Shown one piece after another: positions 34,363 through 43,170 of a stretch of DNA of 64,000 nucleotides. Every line of letters starts with the position of its first letter. Position 1 is the first letter of the stretch. A model generated the notes under the pieces. That model was not told where the DNA came from. It searched no databases and was given only the letters and a program-made list of their open reading frames with translations. Origin of the DNA: Escherichia coli (GTDB lineage Bacteria; Pseudomonadota; Gammaproteobacteria; Enterobacterales; Enterobacteriaceae). The stretch lies in NCBI RefSeq assembly GCF_965641715.1, contig NZ_OZ282453.1, one strand, 5' to 3'. The position numbers were made by a program, and so were the translations under genes.

Positions 34363-35766
34363 ATGAATCAACAGGATATTGAACAGGTGGTGAAAGCGGT
34401 ACTGCTGAAAATGCAAAGCAGTGACACGCCGCCCGCCGCCGTTCATGAGATGGGCGTTTTCGCGTCCCTGGATGACGCTGTTGCGGCAGCCAAAATTGCC
34501 CAGCAAGGGTTAAAGAGCGTGGCAATGCGCCAGTTAGCCATTGCTGCCATTCGTGAAGCAGGCGAAAAACACGCCAGAGATTTAGCGGAACTTGCCGTCA
34601 GTGAAACCGGCATGGGTCGCGTTGAAGATAAATTTGCCAAAAACGTCGCTCAGGCACGCGGCACGCCAGGCGTTGAGTGTCTCTCTCCGCAAGTGCTGAC
34701 GGGCGACAACGGCCTGACTTTAATTGAAAACGCGCCCTGGGGCGTGGTGGCTTCGGTGACGCCGTCCACTAACCCGGCGGCAACCGTAATTAATAACGCC
34801 ATCAGCCTGATTGCCGCGGGCAACAGCGTCATTTTTGCCCCGCATCCGGCGGCGAAAAAAGTCTCCCAGCGGGCGATCACGCTGCTCAACCAGGCGATTG
34901 TTGCCGCAGGCGGGCCGGAAAACTTACTGGTTACTGTGGCAAATCCGGATATCGAAACCGCGCAACGCTTGTTCAAGTTTCCGGGTATCGGCCTGCTGGT
35001 GGTGACCGGCGGCGAAGCGGTAGTAGAAGCGGCGCGTAAACACACCAATAAACGTCTGATTGCCGCAGGCGCTGGCAACCCGCCGGTAGTGGTGGATGAA
35101 ACCGCTGACCTCGCCCGTGCTGCTCAGTCCATCGTCAAAGGCGCGTCTTTCGATAACAACATCATTTGTGCCGACGAAAAGGTACTGATTGTTGTTGATA
35201 GCGTAGCCGATGAACTGATGCGTCTGATGGAAGGCCAGCACGCGGTGAAACTGACCGCAGAACAGGCGCAGCAGCTGCAACCGGTGTTGCTGAAAAATAT
35301 CGACGAGCGCGGAAAAGGCACCGTCAGCCGTGACTGGGTTGGTCGCGACGCAGGCAAAATCGCGGCGGCAATCGGCCTTAAAGTTCCGCAAGAAACGCGC
35401 CTGCTGTTTGTGGAAACCACCGCAGAACATCCGTTTGCCGTGACTGAACTGATGATGCCGGTGTTGCCCGTCGTGCGCGTCGCCAACGTGGCGGATGCCA
35501 TTGCGCTAGCGGTGAAACTGGAAGGCGGTTGCCACCACACGGCGGCAATGCACTCGCGCAACATCGAAAACATGAACCAGATGGCGAATGCTATTGATAC
35601 CAGCATTTTCGTTAAGAACGGACCGTGCATTGCCGGGCTGGGGCTGGGCGGGGAAGGCTGGACCACCATGACCATCACCACGCCAACCGGTGAAGGGGTA
35701 ACCAGCGCGCGTACGTTTGTCCGTCTGCGTCGCTGTGTATTAGTCGATGCGTTTCGCATTGTTTAA
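34363..35766 (+). CDS. eutE: CoA-acylating acetaldehyde dehydrogenase EutE
   Basis: 467-aa aldehyde dehydrogenase-family ORF. Confidence 0.9.
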   Translation: MNQQDIEQVVKAVLLKMQSSDTPPAAVHEMGVFASLDDAVAAAKIAQQGLKSVAMRQLAIAAIREAGEKHARDLAELAVSETGMGRVEDKFAKNVAQARGTPGVECLSPQVLTGDNGLTLIENAPWGVVASVTPSTNPAATVINNAISLIAAGNSVIFAPHPAAKKVSQRAITLLNQAIVAAGGPENLLVTVANPDIETAQRLFKFPGIGLLVVTGGEAVVEAARKHTNKRLIAAGAGNPPVVVDETADLARAAQSIVKGASFDNNIICADEKVLIVVDSVADELMRLMEGQHAVKLTAEQAQQLQPVLLKNIDERGKGTVSRDWVGRDAGKIAAAIGLKVPQETRLLFVETTAEHPFAVTELMMPVLPVVRVANVADAIALAVKLEGGCHHTAAMHSRNIENMNQMANAIDTSIFVKNGPCIAGLGLGGEGWTTMTITTPTGEGVTSARTFVRLRRCVLVDAFRIV

Positions 35767-35776
35767 GGAGTAACAG

Positions 35777-36613
35777 ATGGCGCACGACGAACAATGGCTC
35801 ACCCCACGTCTGCAAACGGCGGCAACGCTGTGTAACCAGACGCCCGCCGCGACGGAATCTCCGCTGTGGCTGGGGGTGGATCTGGGCACCTGCGATGTGG
35901 TGTCGATGGTTGTCGACCGCGACGGTCAGCCAGTGGCGGTATGCCTCGACTGGGCCGATGTGGTTCGCGACGGCATCGTCTGGGATTTCTTCGGCGCTGT
36001 CACCATTGTTCGTCGCCATCTCGACACGCTCGAGCAGCAATTCGGTCGTCGTTTTAGCCATGCGGCGACTTCATTTCCTCCAGGTACGGACCCGCGTATT
36101 TCCATCAACGTGCTGGAATCTGCCGGACTGGAAGTGAGCCATGTGCTGGATGAGCCAACCGCAGTTGCGGATCTGCTGCAACTGGACAACGCCGGTGTAG
36201 TGGATATCGGCGGCGGCACTACCGGCATTGCCATCGTGAAAAAGGGCAAGGTGACGTACTCGGCGGATGAAGCCACCGGCGGACATCACATCTCTCTGAC
36301 TCTCGCCGGAAATCGCCGTATTTCGCTGGAAGAGGCGGAGCAGTACAAGCGCGGTCACGGTGAAGAGATTTGGCCTGCGGTGAAACCGGTGTACGAAAAA
36401 ATGGCGGACATTGTCGCCCGGCATATTGAAGGGCAGGGCATTACTGATTTATGGCTGGCGGGCGGCTCTTGTATGCAACCGGGCGTGGCGGAACTGTTTC
36501 GCAAACAATTCCCGGCGTTACAGGTGCATTTACCGCAGCACAGTTTGTTTATGACCCCGCTGGCGATCGCCAGTAGTGGGCGAGAGAAAGCGGAGGGGCT
36601 ATATGCAAAATGA
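35777..36613 (+). CDS. eutJ: Ethanolamine-utilisation chaperone-like protein EutJ (Hsp70/actin fold)
   Basis: 278-aa ORF with a DLGTCDV ATPase motif. Confidence 0.9.
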   Translation: MAHDEQWLTPRLQTAATLCNQTPAATESPLWLGVDLGTCDVVSMVVDRDGQPVAVCLDWADVVRDGIVWDFFGAVTIVRRHLDTLEQQFGRRFSHAATSFPPGTDPRISINVLESAGLEVSHVLDEPTAVADLLQLDNAGVVDIGGGTTGIAIVKKGKVTYSADEATGGHHISLTLAGNRRISLEEAEQYKRGHGEEIWPAVKPVYEKMADIVARHIEGQGITDLWLAGGSCMQPGVAELFRKQFPALQVHLPQHSLFMTPLAIASSGREKAEGLYAK

Positions 36614-37790
36614 ATTGCAGACCGCGCTCTTTCAGGCGTTCGATACCCTGAATCTGCAACGGGTAAAAACATTTAGCGTTCCACCGGTGACGCTTTGCGG
36701 TCCGGGCTCGGTGAGCAGTTGCGGACAGCAAGCGCAAACGCGTGGGCTGAAACATCTGTTCGTGATGGCAGACAGCTTTTTGCATCAGGCAGGGATGACC
36801 GCCGGGCTGACGCGTAGCCTGACCGTTAAAGGTATCGCCATGACGCTCTGGCCATGTCCGGTGGGCGAACCGTGCATTACCGACGTGTGTGCAGCCGTGG
36901 CGCAGTTGCGTGAGTCAGGCTGTGATGGGGTGATCGCGTTTGGCGGCGGCTCGGTGCTGGATGCGGCGAAAGCCGTGACGTTGCTGGTGACGAACCCGGA
37001 TAGCACGCTGGCAGAGATGTCAGAAACCAGCGTTCTGCAACCGCGCTTGCCGCTGATTGCCATTCCAACTACCGCCGGAACCGGCTCTGAAACCACCAAT
37101 GTAACGGTGATTATCGACGCGGTGAGCGGGCGCAAGCAGGTGTTAGCCCATGCCTCGCTGATGCCGGATGTGGCGATCCTCGACGCCGCATTGACCGAAG
37201 GTGTGCCGTCGCATGTCACGGCGATGACCGGCATTGATGCGTTAACCCATGCCATTGAAGCATACAGCGCCCTGAACGCTACACCGTTTACCGACAGTCT
37301 GGCGATTGGTGCCATTGCGATGATTGGCAAATCGCTGCCGAAAGCGGTGGGCTACGGTCACGACCTTGCCGCGCGCGAGAGCATGTTGCTGGCTTCATGT
37401 ATGGCGGGAATGGCGTTTTCCAGTGCGGGTCTTGGGTTGTGCCACGCGATGGCGCATCAGCCGGGCGCGGCGCTGCATATTCCGCACGGTCTCGCGAACG
37501 CTATGTTGCTGCCAACGGTGATGGAGTTTAACCGGATGGTTTGTCGTGAACGCTTTAGTCAGATTGGTCGGGCACTGCGAACTAAAAAATCCGACGATCG
37601 TGACGCTATTAACGCGGTAAGTGAGCTGATTGCGGAAGTTGGGATTGGTAAACGACTGGGCGATGTTGGCGCGACATCTGCGCATTACGGTGCATGGGCG
37701 CAGGCCGCGCAGGAAGATATTTGTCTGCGCAGCAACCCGCGTACCGCCAGCCTGGAACAGATTGTCGGACTGTACGCAGCGGCGCAATAA
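36603..37790 (+). CDS. eutG: Fe-dependent alcohol dehydrogenase EutG
   Basis: ORF 36576..37790. Start MQNELQTALFQAF gives 395 aa. Overlaps the eutJ end. Confidence 0.85.
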   Translation: MQNELQTALFQAFDTLNLQRVKTFSVPPVTLCGPGSVSSCGQQAQTRGLKHLFVMADSFLHQAGMTAGLTRSLTVKGIAMTLWPCPVGEPCITDVCAAVAQLRESGCDGVIAFGGGSVLDAAKAVTLLVTNPDSTLAEMSETSVLQPRLPLIAIPTTAGTGSETTNVTVIIDAVSGRKQVLAHASLMPDVAILDAALTEGVPSHVTAMTGIDALTHAIEAYSALNATPFTDSLAIGAIAMIGKSLPKAVGYGHDLAARESMLLASCMAGMAFSSAGLGLCHAMAHQPGAALHIPHGLANAMLLPTVMEFNRMVCRERFSQIGRALRTKKSDDRDAINAVSELIAEVGIGKRLGDVGATSAHYGAWAQAAQEDICLRSNPRTASLEQIVGLYAAAQ

Positions 37791-37796
37791 ATGCCG

Positions 37797-37880
37797 GATG
37801 CGACGCTTGCCGCGTCTTATCCGGCCTACGGGATTGCACATGTAGGGCGGATAAGGCTTCACGCAGCATCCGCTAATAAA
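37797..37880. repeat. REP element pair in the eutG-eutH intergenic region
   Basis: gccggatgcgacgcttgccgcgtcttatccggcctacg ... tagggcggataaggcttcacgcagcatccg, canonical REP sequences. Confidence 0.7.
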
Positions 37881-37905
37881 TAACAACTAACAGGGAGTAA
37901 AGGCG

Positions 37906-39132
37906 ATGGGAATTAACGAAATCATCATGTACATCATGATGTTCTTTATGCTGATAGCTGCCGTAGACAGGATCCTGTCGCAGTTCGGCGGTTCTGCTCG
38001 TTTCCTCGGTAAGTTCGGTAAAAGTATCGAAGGATCAGGCGGTCAGTTCGAAGAAGGCTTTATGGCAATGGGCGCACTGGGCCTGGCGATGGTCGGTATG
38101 ACCGCGCTGGCACCGGTACTGGCTCACGTTCTCGGGCCGGTAATTATTCCGGTTTACGAAATGCTCGGCGCTAACCCATCGATGTTCGCCGGAACACTGC
38201 TGGCGTGCGATATGGGCGGCTTCTTCCTCGCCAAAGAGCTGGCGGGCGGCGACGTAGCCGCGTGGCTATACTCTGGGTTAATTCTCGGGTCGATGATGGG
38301 GCCAACGATTGTGTTTTCCATTCCGGTGGCGCTCGGCATTATCGAACCTTCTGACCGTCGTTATCTGGCGCTCGGCGTGCTGGCGGGCATTGTGACCATT
38401 CCGATTGGTTGTATCGCTGGTGGTCTGGTTGCTATGTACTCCGGTGTTCAGATCAACGGCCAGCCGGTGGAATTCACTTTCGCCCTGATCCTGATGAACA
38501 TGATCCCGGTGATCATTGTTGCGATTCTGGTGGCGCTGGGGCTGAAATTCATCCCAGAAAAAATGATCAACGGCTTCCAGATCTTCGCCAAATTCCTCGT
38601 TGCATTGATCACCCTCGGTCTTGCCGCTGCGGTAGTGAAATTCCTGCTTGGCTGGGAACTGATCCCCGGTCTGGATCCTATCTTTATGGCCCCTGGCGAT
38701 AAACCCGGTGAGGTGATGCGCGCCATTGAAGTTATCGGTTCTATCTCCTGCGTTCTGTTAGGGGCGTATCCGATGGTGCTGCTGCTGACCCGCTGGTTTG
38801 AAAAACCGCTGATGAGCGTCGGTAAAGTGCTGAATATGAACAACATCGCGGCAGCCGGCATGGTGGCAACGCTTGCCAACAACATCCCGATGTTCGGCAT
38901 GATGAAGCAGATGGATACCCGCGGCAAAGTCATCAACTGCGCCTTCGCCGTTTCCGCTGCTTTCGCCCTGGGCGACCACTTAGGCTTCGCCGCTGCCAAC
39001 ATGAATGCCATGATCTTCCCGATGATTGTCGGCAAGTTGATCGGCGGCGTAACGGCGATTGGCGTGGCGATGATGCTGGTGCCAAAAGACGACGCGACCG
39101 CGGCTAAAACCGAAGCGGAGGCACAATCGTGA
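37906..39132 (+). CDS. eutH: Ethanolamine permease EutH
   Basis: 408-aa polytopic membrane ORF. Confidence 0.9.
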   Translation: MGINEIIMYIMMFFMLIAAVDRILSQFGGSARFLGKFGKSIEGSGGQFEEGFMAMGALGLAMVGMTALAPVLAHVLGPVIIPVYEMLGANPSMFAGTLLACDMGGFFLAKELAGGDVAAWLYSGLILGSMMGPTIVFSIPVALGIIEPSDRRYLALGVLAGIVTIPIGCIAGGLVAMYSGVQINGQPVEFTFALILMNMIPVIIVAILVALGLKFIPEKMINGFQIFAKFLVALITLGLAAAVVKFLLGWELIPGLDPIFMAPGDKPGEVMRAIEVIGSISCVLLGAYPMVLLLTRWFEKPLMSVGKVLNMNNIAAAGMVATLANNIPMFGMMKQMDTRGKVINCAFAVSAAFALGDHLGFAAANMNAMIFPMIVGKLIGGVTAIGVAMMLVPKDDATAAKTEAEAQS

Positions 39133-40532
39133 ACACTCGCCAGCTACTGAGCGTCGGTATCGATATCGGCACCACCACCACCCAGGTGATTTTCTCCCAC
39201 CTGGAACTGGTTAACCGTGCGGCGGTGTCGCAGGTGCCGCGCTACGAATTCATCAAACGCGAAATTAGCTGGCAAAGCCCGGTGTTCTTTACCCCTGTCG
39301 ATAAACAGGGTGGTTTAAAAGAAGCGGAACTGAAATCGCTGATTTTAGAGCAATATCAGGCTGCGGGCATTGCGCCGGAAAGCGTTGATTCTGGTGCCAT
39401 CATCATCACCGGTGAAAGCGCGAAAACCCGCAATGCTCGCCCGGCGGTGATGGCGCTCTCTCAGTCGCTGGGCGATTTTGTCGTCGCCAGCGCCGGGCCG
39501 CACCTCGAATCCGTGATCGCCGGTCACGGTGCCGGGGCGCAAACCCTTTCTGAACAACGGCTGTGTCGGGTACTGAATATCGACATCGGCGGTGGCACCG
39601 CGAACTACGCCCTGTTCGATGCCGGAAAAATCAGCGGCACTGCCTGCCTCAACGTCGGTGGTCGCCTGCTGGAAACCGACAGCCAGGGGCGCGTGGTTTA
39701 CGCTCATAAACCGGGGCAGATGATTGTGGATGAGTGCTTCGGCGCAGGCACCGATGCCCGTTCGCTGACCGGCGCGCAGCTGGTGCAGGTTACCCGGCGG
39801 ATGGCAGAGCTGATTGTCGAAGTGATTGACGGAACGCTTTCGCCGCTCGCGCAGGCATTAATGCAAACCGGTTTGCTGCCCGCAGGTGTTACGCCCGAAA
39901 TCATTACGCTTTCTGGCGGCGTGGGCGAATGTTATCGCCACCAGCCCGCCGACCCGTTCTGTTTTGCCGATATTGGCCCGCTTCTGGCAACGGCGCTGCA
40001 TGACCATCCGCGCCTGCGTGAGATGAACGTGCAGTTTCCGGCGCAAACCGTGCGCGCCACGGTGATTGGTGCGGGTGCACATACCCTTTCGCTCTCTGGC
40101 AGCACAATCTGGCTGGAGGGCGTACAACTGCCGCTGCGCAATTTGCCGGTGGCGATCCCAATTGATGAAACGGATCTGGTGGGTGCCTGGCAACAGGCGC
40201 TGATTCAGCTGGATCTTGATCCCAAAACTGACGCGTACGTGCTGGCGCTTCCCGCCTCGCTGCCTGTGCGTTACGCCGCGGTACTGACGGTCATCAACGC
40301 GTTGGTCGATTTCGTCGCGCGTTTTCCGAATCCGAATCCCCTGCTGGTGGTGGCCGGGCAGGACTTTGGTAAAGCTCTGGGCATGTTGTTGCGCCCACAG
40401 CTACAACAACTCCCGTTGGCAGTCATTGACGAAGTGATTGTCCGCGCGGGGGACTATATCGACATTGGTACGCCTCTTTTTGGCGGATCGGTTGTGCCGG
40501 TGACGGTGAAATCACTCGCATTTCCTTCCTGA
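39129..40532 (+). CDS. eutA: Ethanolamine ammonia-lyase reactivase EutA
   Basis: 467-aa ORF. 4-bp overlap with eutH. Its last 19 bp (40514..40532) coincide with the attL repeat of the inserted element. Confidence 0.9.
   Translation: MNTRQLLSVGIDIGTTTTQVIFSHLELVNRAAVSQVPRYEFIKREISWQSPVFFTPVDKQGGLKEAELKSLILEQYQAAGIAPESVDSGAIIITGESAKTRNARPAVMALSQSLGDFVVASAGPHLESVIAGHGAGAQTLSEQRLCRVLNIDIGGGTANYALFDAGKISGTACLNVGGRLLETDSQGRVVYAHKPGQMIVDECFGAGTDARSLTGAQLVQVTRRMAELIVEVIDGTLSPLAQALMQTGLLPAGVTPEIITLSGGVGECYRHQPADPFCFADIGPLLATALHDHPRLREMNVQFPAQTVRATVIGAGAHTLSLSGSTIWLEGVQLPLRNLPVAIPIDETDLVGAWQQALIQLDLDPKTDAYVLALPASLPVRYAAVLTVINALVDFVARFPNPNPLLVVAGQDFGKALGMLLRPQLQQLPLAVIDEVIVRAGDYIDIGTPLFGGSVVPVTVKSLAFPS
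40514..40532. repeat. attL-like direct repeat (ACTCGCATTTCCTTCCTGA), forming the present 3' end of eutA
   Basis: 13/19 identity, including the identical core CTTCCTGA, with attR at 51714..51732. Confidence 0.6.
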
Positions 40533-40627
40533 ATACTGTAGTTATCAGGCGTGGCGCTGGGTGGCTGGGTGTTAGTGGGATTATATCCGGCTGTGTATCC
40601 GGTCGGGGTGATTGGTCTGTATAGCAG

Positions 40628-40652
40628 AAAACCCGGCGCGGGGCCGGGTGAA
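40628..40652 (-). terminator. Rho-independent terminator after the element's 186-aa cargo gene
   Basis: Minus-strand RNA ACCCGGCcccgcGCCGGGTtttctg. The same hairpin recurs at 42316..42340. Confidence 0.6.
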
Positions 40653-40655
40653 CTA

Positions 40656-41216
40656 TCACTCAGGGAACAAGTTGATTTGAAGCAAACTGCCAATGTATTT
40701 ACCAGTGCTTTTAATTTTTCGCTTTGATGGCTTACACGAATTCAGGTTGACACCAGCCTGGCTAGATATTGGCTTGTATTGCCGCTCCGCCAGTACGATC
40801 AGGTCTGCCGCGTCTTTTAGCTTTCCATCGTTAGCCAGTTCCAATGCTCGATCCGCCATTTGCCCGCATTGTTGAATCAGCTTAAGTTGCGATACCTCCA
40901 GTCGCAATTGCTGGATTCGTTCTACCACTTTCGCCCTAATGCGCTTAGTTTCACGCATTCCCATTCTTAATGCCTGGTTGCCAGTAAGTGAGTAAACCTC
41001 TTTTTCTTTCCTGAAGTTTGCGGCTTTACCGTCAGCTTGGACGCGCATTTTATGCGCTTCCAAGAATTCGCCCTCCAATTCATCCCTGATCTTCGCGTTG
41101 AATCTGTCGTTCTTGAGTTCATTTAACCCTTCCGCCTTGCGGATCTGGTTGATTAACTCCAACAATTCATCACTGCGGATACGCCACTCGCTATCAACCT
41201 GTACCAAGTCAAACAT
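40656..41216 (-). CDS. Hypothetical coiled-coil protein (cargo gene A of the element)
   Basis: ORF 40656..41309. The internal start MFDLVQVDSEWRIRSDELLELINQ at 41216 has a GGGAG SD 5 nt upstream and is used here. No recognisable catalytic motif. Its 3' end abuts the attL side. Confidence 0.5.
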   Translation of the reverse strand: MFDLVQVDSEWRIRSDELLELINQIRKAEGLNELKNDRFNAKIRDELEGEFLEAHKMRVQADGKAANFRKEKEVYSLTGNQALRMGMRETKRIRAKVVERIQQLRLEVSQLKLIQQCGQMADRALELANDGKLKDAADLIVLAERQYKPISSQAGVNLNSCKPSKRKIKSTGKYIGSLLQINLFPE

Positions 41217-41380
41217 GTTGTTGCTCCCGTTTTGCTGCCATAGGGCAACGGCTCGCCAGCCTTTATCACCTCCTTTAGTTGTTGCGATTCTTAACTGAAT
41301 GGTTATCAAAACGCTGCGTTAATATCATTGATATGTATCAAATTTGTTTTGTGACGCGACAATGCCTTGTGAATATCAAT

Positions 41381-41410
41381 AAAAAACCCAGCGCTATGGC
41401 TGGGCTTCGT
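41381..41410 (-). terminator. Rho-independent terminator after the HTH regulator gene
   Basis: Minus-strand RNA GCCCAGCcataGCGCTGGGtttttt. Stop codon at 41438. Confidence 0.65.
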
Positions 41411-41413
41411 TTA

Positions 41414-41451
41414 ATGAGATGGGATTGAAAGCGGGTTTTATTTATCTCCCA
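41414..41451. promoter_or_regulatory. Operator-like site O1 (ATGAGATGGGA ... ATCTCCCA) upstream of cargo gene A
   Basis: Contains the reverse complement of the 11-mer TCCCATCTCAT found in O2, plus an ATCTCCCA half-site. Confidence 0.4.
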
Positions 41452-42220
41452 GATTGTATTCCCAGTTGGGAAGTAAAGTTATCAGCTTGTCACCTTTCTT
41501 GCCTTTGCCGATCTGGTTGCCGTTCTCGTCTTTCTTGTGTGTGATTTCCTGGTCAACCTTAATCAATCCTCTCTCTTTGGCTTGCTCAATCAGTCGGTAG
41601 AATGCGCCGTTACTAATCGGCTTCCGGTTACCGTCGTTATCCATCGCAGTGATTTTCTGTTGCAGTCCGGCGTTATTGCCCAGGTATTCGCCACCTAACG
41701 CCGCCAGTACCTGACACAACATGCCGACACTGTATTTTTTCGGATTTGGGTTAATCCATTCTTTAGCTCCCATCTCTTTTTTGTCGTTGGGCGCTTGTTC
41801 TGCTGCTACTGCGTTCACCTTTTCATCTCCCATCTTGTTACCGCTTGCTGTGCGCTTAATTTCTTCCAGTTCTCTCTCAAGCTCACCTATACGTAATTCA
41901 CGCTCGATAATTACCCCGCGCAGCACATCATCATCACCGTGAGGGCTTGCCTGAATCCAGTTACCATTGGCGAGCGGTAGGAGGGCATAAATTCCGAACA
42001 GGTCACAAAGCGCGGCAAGTGTATTAAAATCAGGTTCCCGGCGTCCCTCCATCCAGTGGCTAACAGCGCCTTTTGTGACTGGTTCGCCTTTCTTGCTTTT
42101 AACACCCATGCGATCCAGTGCGGCGGCTATCTCTTCGCATTTAATGCCACGACCGCCAGCATAGCCCGCCGCTTTCGCGGCCCCTTTGAGGATGTCGTGA
42201 ATTTTCATTTCGTAACTCAT
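41438..42220 (-). CDS. XRE-family helix-turn-helix transcriptional regulator with a ~190-aa C-terminal domain of unknown function (cargo gene B)
   Basis: ORF 41438..42235. Probable start MSYEMKIHDILKGAAKAAGYAGGRGIKCEEIAAALD... with GGAGA 7 nt upstream. The N-terminal 70 aa have the Cro/C1 HTH pattern. Confidence 0.6.
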   Translation of the reverse strand: MSYEMKIHDILKGAAKAAGYAGGRGIKCEEIAAALDRMGVKSKKGEPVTKGAVSHWMEGRREPDFNTLAALCDLFGIYALLPLANGNWIQASPHGDDDVLRGVIIERELRIGELERELEEIKRTASGNKMGDEKVNAVAAEQAPNDKKEMGAKEWINPNPKKYSVGMLCQVLAALGGEYLGNNAGLQQKITAMDNDGNRKPISNGAFYRLIEQAKERGLIKVDQEITHKKDENGNQIGKGKKGDKLITLLPNWEYNLGDK

Positions 42221-42226
42221 AATTTT

Positions 42227-42257
42227 ATCTCCCATCTCATGAACTATGGTGGGAGAT
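42227..42257. promoter_or_regulatory. Operator O2: perfect inverted repeat ATCTCCCA-N15-TGGGAGAT overlapping the SD and start of the HTH regulator gene
   Basis: Seen directly. A near-identical IR sits at 42935..42965 and a related site at 41414..41451. Probable autoregulatory site. Confidence 0.5.
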
Positions 42258-42315
42258 TAACACGGCGGGCCTGTGGCGGGTAAGTGTAACGGGAGAGAAT
42301 GTTGATTCAGGTCAC

Positions 42316-42340
42316 AAAAACCCGGCGCGGGGCCGGGCTG
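42316..42340 (-). terminator. Rho-independent terminator after the membrane-anchored cargo gene C
   Basis: Minus-strand RNA AGCCCGGCcccgcGCCGGGtttttgtg. Near-identical to the hairpin at 40628. Confidence 0.6.
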
Positions 42341-42359
42341 TGTTAGTACGTCGTTGCTC

Positions 42360-42836
42360 TTAGTTCATGAGGAGATCTTTAAATTCGACGCCGTATTCAT
42401 GGGCAATGTCGCCTCTATAGTAGATGTTATCTTTCAGGATATATCCGACGTTTCTCAGGACGTGAGAACACTCTCTTACTGCTGCCTCTTTACCCCTTAA
42501 AACATCCTCCCCGCTAACTTCTTCGCCGCTGTACTTCACTGCGATGTTGTCTGCTGCACGCTCTGCTGCTTCCAGGCAATTAATCTTCACTTTTCCCCGA
42601 TTCTCCCAGGCAAAATCGCGGCCATAAATCCCCATTGCATCAACCATCTTTTGCGCAGTAGTGCGCTCATCCACCCATTCAGTGCGTTCGAACTTCTCGC
42701 CAGCAGCTACCCTTGCCGCCAGTTGTTCGTGTTGAGTCTGTACGGCCGCAGCCTCTTCTTCCCATTTGCCTTGCTCGTTGTATACGATGAAGCCAGTGAT
42801 GACTGCAGCGATTAGTAACTTGTCCAGAAAATTCAT
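42360..42836 (-). CDS. Hypothetical protein with a single N-terminal transmembrane helix (cargo gene C)
   Basis: 158 aa, MNFLDKLLIAAVITGFIVYNEQ then a soluble Glu/Ala-rich domain. SD-like sequence upstream. No family recognised. Confidence 0.5.
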   Translation of the reverse strand: MNFLDKLLIAAVITGFIVYNEQGKWEEEAAAVQTQHEQLAARVAAGEKFERTEWVDERTTAQKMVDAMGIYGRDFAWENRGKVKINCLEAAERAADNIAVKYSGEEVSGEDVLRGKEAAVRECSHVLRNVGYILKDNIYYRGDIAHEYGVEFKDLLMN

Positions 42837-42934
42837 AGCTTCCTCCTATCTGTTCAATTACCCGGCATCTCTTGCCGTTGAACGTATTAAACAAAATGCC
42901 AGTCAGGGATAAAGCGATCTGCGTCATAAAGTCC

Positions 42935-42965
42935 ATCCCCCATCTCATTGATATTGATGGGAGAT
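42935..42965. promoter_or_regulatory. Operator O3: inverted repeat ATCCCCCA-N15-TGGGAGAT about 100 bp upstream of cargo gene C
   Basis: Same half-sites and same spacer start (TCTCAT) as O2. Confidence 0.45.
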
Positions 42966-43056
42966 TGTTTAATTGGTCAGAAATTAAGCGTTTATGTGCG
43001 CTGCCGGGTATCCACCTCCTATCTGAAGATGGAAAGATGGGTGATATAATGTGATG

Positions 43057-43120
43057 GCAATTGGTGGATTGCGTGGTTTTTACAATGATAAGGGGCTGGC
43101 GTAATGCTGGCCCCTTTGTT
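43057..43120 (+). ncRNA. Candidate small RNA (extended -10 promoter to plus-strand-specific terminator)
   Basis: TGaTATAAT at 43042..43050. Hairpin GGGGCUGGC-guaau-GCUGGCCCC + UUUGUUU at 43091..43120 pairs, with two G-U wobbles, only in the plus-strand transcript. No convincing ORF. Confidence 0.25.
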
Positions 43121-43170
43121 TATCCGGTATCCGGTATCCGGTATAAGCGGGCGTGTATCCGGTAGCGGGG
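43121..43170. repeat. Tandem heptamer repeat (CCGGTAT x3.5) followed by GTGTATCCGGTAGCGGGG
   Basis: Seen directly. A related GTGTATCCGGTCGGGG lies at 40593..40608 near attL. Confidence 0.6.

Noticed and set aside
42872-43054. 60-aa plus-strand ORF (TTG start) between cargo gene C and the tape-measure-like gene
   Set aside because: Weak start codon, no SD, and it spans operator O3 and the promoter region of gene C. The plus-strand terminator downstream is better explained by a short non-coding transcript (reported as a low-confidence ncRNA).
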